DNA of 40,376 bases, from assembly GCA_943788985.1 (NCBI GenBank), contig CALSSJ010000037.1:1-40376 (forward strand), read 5' to 3'. This DNA comes from an uncultured Lentisphaerales bacterium. GTDB taxonomy: Bacteria > Verrucomicrobiota > Lentisphaeria > JABSQK01 > UBA12247. The notes below the pieces were generated by a model that did not search any database, was not told where the DNA came from, and saw only the letters and a program-made list of their open reading frames with translations. This document shows, one piece after another, positions 38,315 to 40,376 of this stretch. How positions within the stretch are numbered: the stretch's first letter is position 1; the number at the start of each line of letters is the position of its first letter. Both the position numbers and the translations under genes were made by a program.

Positions 38315-40376
38315 GGACCATCAGGGATTTGACCGTGAGCGCCCCCATGGGGGCGGGCGTTGCCCCGGGGCTGCAGCCCCCGTCCAGCGGCCCGTGCTGC
38401 GCTTCGCGCACCCCGGGTCCCCCGCTGTCCTCCCCCGCCTCTGGATCGACAGCTTCCTCCAACGCTTAGCTCCCTTCAGGGTCTAGGCAACTTATACTTC
38501 CGCCAGCAACTCCGAACCCAAAGAGTCTTTCCCGCCCAGAACCCTCAAAACCAAGGTGGTCCCCCTTTCAATGCAAAAAGTGGTCCCCTTTTCCTTGCAA
38601 ATTTCCAAACCCGTTCTTTCAAGCCTCCAGAGCAAAGCATATTCTTGTTGAAATTCTAGCTAACAAGATGGGCTTGCGAAAGAAGAATTCCTTTCCCGGA
38701 ATCTTTGGGCACCTCGTCGTGTACCCAAACGGTACACACGTGGGGAGTCTCCCCGCATCCGAGGATCCTTCGATTATCGTGAATCGCCGGGACATGGACA
38801 AGCTACAGGAACGTATTGAGAGCGCATTTCGCGCGTGGGATAGGCCCGGTCGGCCGCGCGGCAGCCAGTTTACCCGCCGTAAGTTGGAGTATATCGAGGC
38901 CATTCTATGTGACAATTGCCGTTTCGTGATCTCCGCAGCGGCCGGAATCGACTCGGATGAAACGACCATATCTGAGCTAACTGAGCAGCAGTTCAGCTTC
39001 TTTCAGGGTGTGCTGCATAACCCTCGACTTCTGGTGCGAGGAGTTGCCGGGTCTGGCAAGACTCTGATGGCGCAGCTGAGCGCTGACATGTTCGCGCGAC
39101 GCGGGCAGCGAGTGTTGCTGCTATGCTACAACAAGCTGCTGGCTGCCTCACTGCAGGCCCAAGAGGAAGAACTGCCATACGATGTGGCGAGCTTTCATGC
39201 CTTCTGCTTTAAGCTCTGCAGGCAAGCTGGGATTGAGTGCCAGGTTCCCCCGGGCGATGCGGGAAATTTTTGGCGTGAAGATGCACCTAACCTGATGAAT
39301 GAGGCAATCGATGAGCTTGGCGACGCGTGCAAGTACGATGCAATCCTCGTAGACGAAGGCCAGGACTTCATGCATGACTGGTGGATGCCGGTACAATTGC
39401 TGCTTCATGAAGCCGGCACGCTTTGCATCTTCCATGACCCAGACCAAACACTCTATGATGCGGAGCAAGCATTTCCCGCCGATGTCGCTCAGTCGGGTCT
39501 GAACTTGGATGAGAATTGTCGCAATACTAAGAGGATTGCCTCCTACTGCGGCAAGGTGATCGACAAGAGTGTAAAGTCCTTTGAACGGTCACCAGAGGGG
39601 ATTGCACCAACGCGGCTTGACTCCTGCCCAGATGCAGCGAAACGCGCCGACCAAGTGCGGCGCAGGGTAGCCAAGCTCCTAGACGAGGGATTTACTCCTT
39701 CCCAGATTGCTGTGCTGTCCCCTTGGGGCCCGGGAAATGCGAGATGTGCCATGGACCATTTAGACTCAATCCACAGTCGCAAGCTCATTGCTCCCGCTGG
39801 AGGTGATTCAGTCGCAGACCTCGGTAGCAAGTTGGCGGAGTGGCGGGCTGATGGGGGAATATGGACTGGCACGGTGAAATCTTTCAAGGGGCTAGAAGCT
39901 GCATGTATCGTGCTGACTGACTTGCCGGAGCCCGGACCAGCATATTTTACCTTTCGGGACCTGTACGTTGCCTCATCACGAGCGCAGCACCTGTTGTTTC
40001 TGATCCCGTCTGATGAGAAAGCCCACGCGGCACTGTCCAAATAGATAGAGCAGGGGTAGGTATAGTTTTCCGCCTGCCGATCGTTCCTCGGCAGTTGCCA
40101 AGCAGCAAGCAGCTTTCCGCCTCGAGGTGCTCGGCTTAGGCAGGCCCCAGAGATCAGACTCGTCTCGGATTATGCTCCTGAAGCTCTCTCGAACAGCCAC
40201 AATACTCTTCCGCTTAAGTGTCCGATGTACCTACAGGTCTTTGAGCTTCTCGCTGAAGTCACGGCCGCTTGCGTACTTGAGCAAGCCCGGAATGAACGCT
40301 TGAACCTGCTTAGCCAGGTAGTTCTTCTTTCAGTCGATCAAGGAGTTGGACCTCACGCGGATCTATTCGCCCGTCT

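Larger units (their letters stand above)
35929..38607 (+). mobile_element. IS21-family insertion sequence, 2679 bp, apparently intact
   Basis: TG...CA ends. IRL TGGCGATTTACATTGAAAAGGGGACCAC versus IRR(rc) TGGAAATTTGCAAGGAAAAGGGGACCAC, with a second subterminal copy at each end. Flanking direct repeat AACCCGTTC at 35920-35928 and 38608-38616. Confidence 0.96.
35632..40044 (+). pseudogene. NERD (PD-(D/E)xK) nuclease fused to SF1 UvrD-like helicase, interrupted by IS21 (35632-35928 + 38617-40044; 574 aa when rejoined)
   Basis: 5' part: SNEGERVLY, EVDFIVL..GLMVLECKG. 3' part: GVAGSGKT, DEGQD, DPDQ, NCRNT, FKGLE, LYVASSRA. Removing the IS and one TSD restores the frame (STENPF|FQASRAKH). RBS AAGGGG. 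Confidence 0.92.

Noticed and set aside
40045..40376. Possible minus-strand gene end at the right edge
   Set aside because: The frames I read are interrupted by stops and show no recognisable motif.

Overview
A GC-rich bacterial window, most likely from the PVC superphylum (Lentisphaerae/Kiritimatiellae-like). This is inferred from the sulfatases, a prepilin/H-X9-DG-type protein and a PVC-type dehydrogenase-like protein. The left half (1-23.9 kb) is mostly carbohydrate metabolism: a minus-strand sulfated-glycan cluster (two sulfatases, GH117-like, frameshifted GH141-like/PDZ protein, GH29 fucosidase) behind a palindromic, 19-bp-spacer promoter candidate. It also holds an AttEFGH-like ABC transporter with a lipocalin/CrtC-like protein, a DUF1499 gene, a decayed IS3, a 1409-aa ThuA-SGNH-propeller-HEAT-cupredoxin protein, a beta-propeller glycosidase and several 3'-only gene remnants (GH95, sulfatase, sialate O-acetylesterase). 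The right half (24-40 kb) is one co-directional plus-strand block: three paralogous ankyrin modules, a secreted hypothetical protein, sbcD-sbcC, a multi-hairpin repeat element, a 5'-truncated DUF1998 SF2 helicase and a NERD nuclease-SF1 helicase gene cleanly split by an intact IS21 (9-bp target duplication). That block is the best candidate for a defence or DNA-processing island, and it appears to be decaying. About a dozen single-base frameshifts may be sequencing errors. I saw no rRNA, tRNA or CRISPR array. All family calls come from motif recognition by eye, not from database searches.
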